From: an uncultured Rhodospirillales bacterium
GTDB taxonomy: Bacteria > Pseudomonadota > Alphaproteobacteria > Rhodospirillales > Defluviicoccaceae
DNA: 45,496 bases
Direction of reading: 5' to 3'
Assembly (NCBI GenBank): GCA_937127205.1
Contig: CAKZLS010000091.1
Coordinates: 1-45,496, forward strand
Each line of letters begins with the position of its first letter. Position 1 is the stretch's first letter. Below are positions 44,580-45,496 of this stretch, one piece after another. The position numbers and the translations under genes are program-made. The notes under the pieces are model-generated. The model did no database searches. It worked only from the letters and a program-made list of their open reading frames with translations, and had not been told where the DNA came from.

Positions 44580-45445
44580 GCGCGGACGGGCGCCAGGGAA
44601 TTACCCTGATCGCCTTCATCGGCAGCGTGTTCTCTCCCTACTATGCCTGGTCGCGGCGCCGCGGTACGCCGGATCCCGAAAATCATGCGGCGCTGAATGT
44701 CGCTATCTATGGTGAGCGCGGCAACCGCTGGACGATGACTGAGCGCGGGCGGGCTTCGGTGCAGCGGTCGGCCGATACCCTCACCATCGGACCGAGCGCG
44801 GTCCATTGGGACGGAACGAAGCTCACCATCAGCATCGACGAGGTCACCGTCCCGATCCCGGGACGCGTTCGCGGCGAGGTGCGGCTCTATCCGCATGCCA
44901 TGGTCGGCCAGCCGTTCGTGCTCGACGCCGACGGCCAACACCATTGGCATCCCCTGGCGCCGTCCGCTCATATCGAGGTGGATCTGCAGCGTCCGGACGT
45001 GCGGTGGTCGGGGGATGGGTATTTCGATACCAACGCCGGCGCCAATTCGCTCGAGAGCACGTTCACGGAATGGGACTGGAGCCGCGCGCCGCTTCGCGAC
45101 GGAACTGCTGTTCTCTACGATGTCACCGGCCGGGACGGGCATGCCCTGTCGCTGGCGGTCCGGATCGATCCCTCGGGCGGCGTGCATCGGTTTACACCAC
45201 CGCCCAAGGTCCCCTTACCCAAGGCATTTTGGCGCGTGCCGCGTGCCACTCAGGTCGAAGAGGGACACCAGCCGACGGTTCTTCGCACGTTGGAGGATGC
45301 GCCCTTCTACGCGCGTTCGGTCGTGTCTTCGCATCTTCTCGGCGAACCGGTGGTTGCCATGCACGAGAGACTGTCGCTCGACCGGTTTAGCCTGCCGGTG
45401 GTCCAGATGATGCTGCCGTTCCGCATGCCCCGCACGTTGCGCTAA
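44378..45445 (+). CDS. crtC: Acyclic carotenoid 1,2-hydratase
   Basis: The conserved core begins FDQAVPPGGYVWWYVDGLSADGRQGITLIAFIGSVFSPYYAW at about 44525. The nearest in-frame canonical start upstream is ATG 44378. The true start is uncertain, but the 3' end is secure (TAA 45443-45445). Confidence 0.82.
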   Translation: MDGLVSASGIAEPGAGTVSGGGQRPPGAGRGDGGAVRPAGGGEPPLGPRFDQAVPPGGYVWWYVDGLSADGRQGITLIAFIGSVFSPYYAWSRRRGTPDPENHAALNVAIYGERGNRWTMTERGRASVQRSADTLTIGPSAVHWDGTKLTISIDEVTVPIPGRVRGEVRLYPHAMVGQPFVLDADGQHHWHPLAPSAHIEVDLQRPDVRWSGDGYFDTNAGANSLESTFTEWDWSRAPLRDGTAVLYDVTGRDGHALSLAVRIDPSGGVHRFTPPPKVPLPKAFWRVPRATQVEEGHQPTVLRTLEDAPFYARSVVSSHLLGEPVVAMHERLSLDRFSLPVVQMMLPFRMPRTLR

Positions 45446-45496
45446 TACCAGTCGTCATAAGTCATGACACGATTGCCCATTGGCGCTTTGTGATGG

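Noticed and set aside
45442-45496. Open minus-strand frame ending ...MGNRVMTYDDWY-TAG, overlapping the crtC stop by 4 nt
   Set aside because: Only 18 codons lie inside the window, so it cannot be identified or distinguished from chance.

Overview
GC-rich window containing most of a purple-bacterial photosynthesis gene cluster (PGC). Gene order resembles the alphaproteobacterial Bradyrhizobium/Rhodopseudomonas type; that placement is inferred from gene order only.

Layout, left to right:
- A frameshifted isochorismatase-like hydrolase remnant and a DUF3422-type membrane protein flank the cluster.
- Minus strand: bchG, a PucC-family MFS gene, bchP, tspO and a small membrane ORF.
- Minus strand: aerR(ppaA)-ppsR regulator pair.
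- Plus strand, about 15 kb and tightly coupled: bchF-N-B-H-L-M, lhaA, puhA-B-C, acsF, puhE, hemA.
- Plus strand: bchE-bchJ, a CBS-pair protein, a second ppsR paralogue and a kinase-less bacteriophytochrome.
- Minus strand: heme oxygenase, then crtE-crtF, bchC-X-Y-Z, pufB-A-L-M-C.
- Plus strand: crtD-crtC.

Regulatory signals readable from the sequence:
- Five loci carry PpsR/CrtJ-type TGT-N12-ACA palindromes. Three of them are tandem pairs with an identical 8-bp spacer.
- Several sigma70-like hexamers are embedded in those boxes.
- A strong intrinsic terminator follows pufC.
- A two-tier hairpin lies between pufA and pufL.

I found no tRNA, rRNA, CRISPR array or mobile element, and no convincingly new multi-gene system. 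The least explained items are:
- a duplicated Cys-Gly motif at the BchE C-terminus that differs only at synonymous sites;
- the CBS protein next to the ppsR2-bphP module;
- a small membrane ORF coupled to tspO;
- a long structured bchF leader;
- a roughly 200-nt crtD/crtC overlap.

Many long ORFs in the track are antisense artefacts of the high GC content. Several track ORFs carry spurious N-terminal extensions, and I trimmed those.
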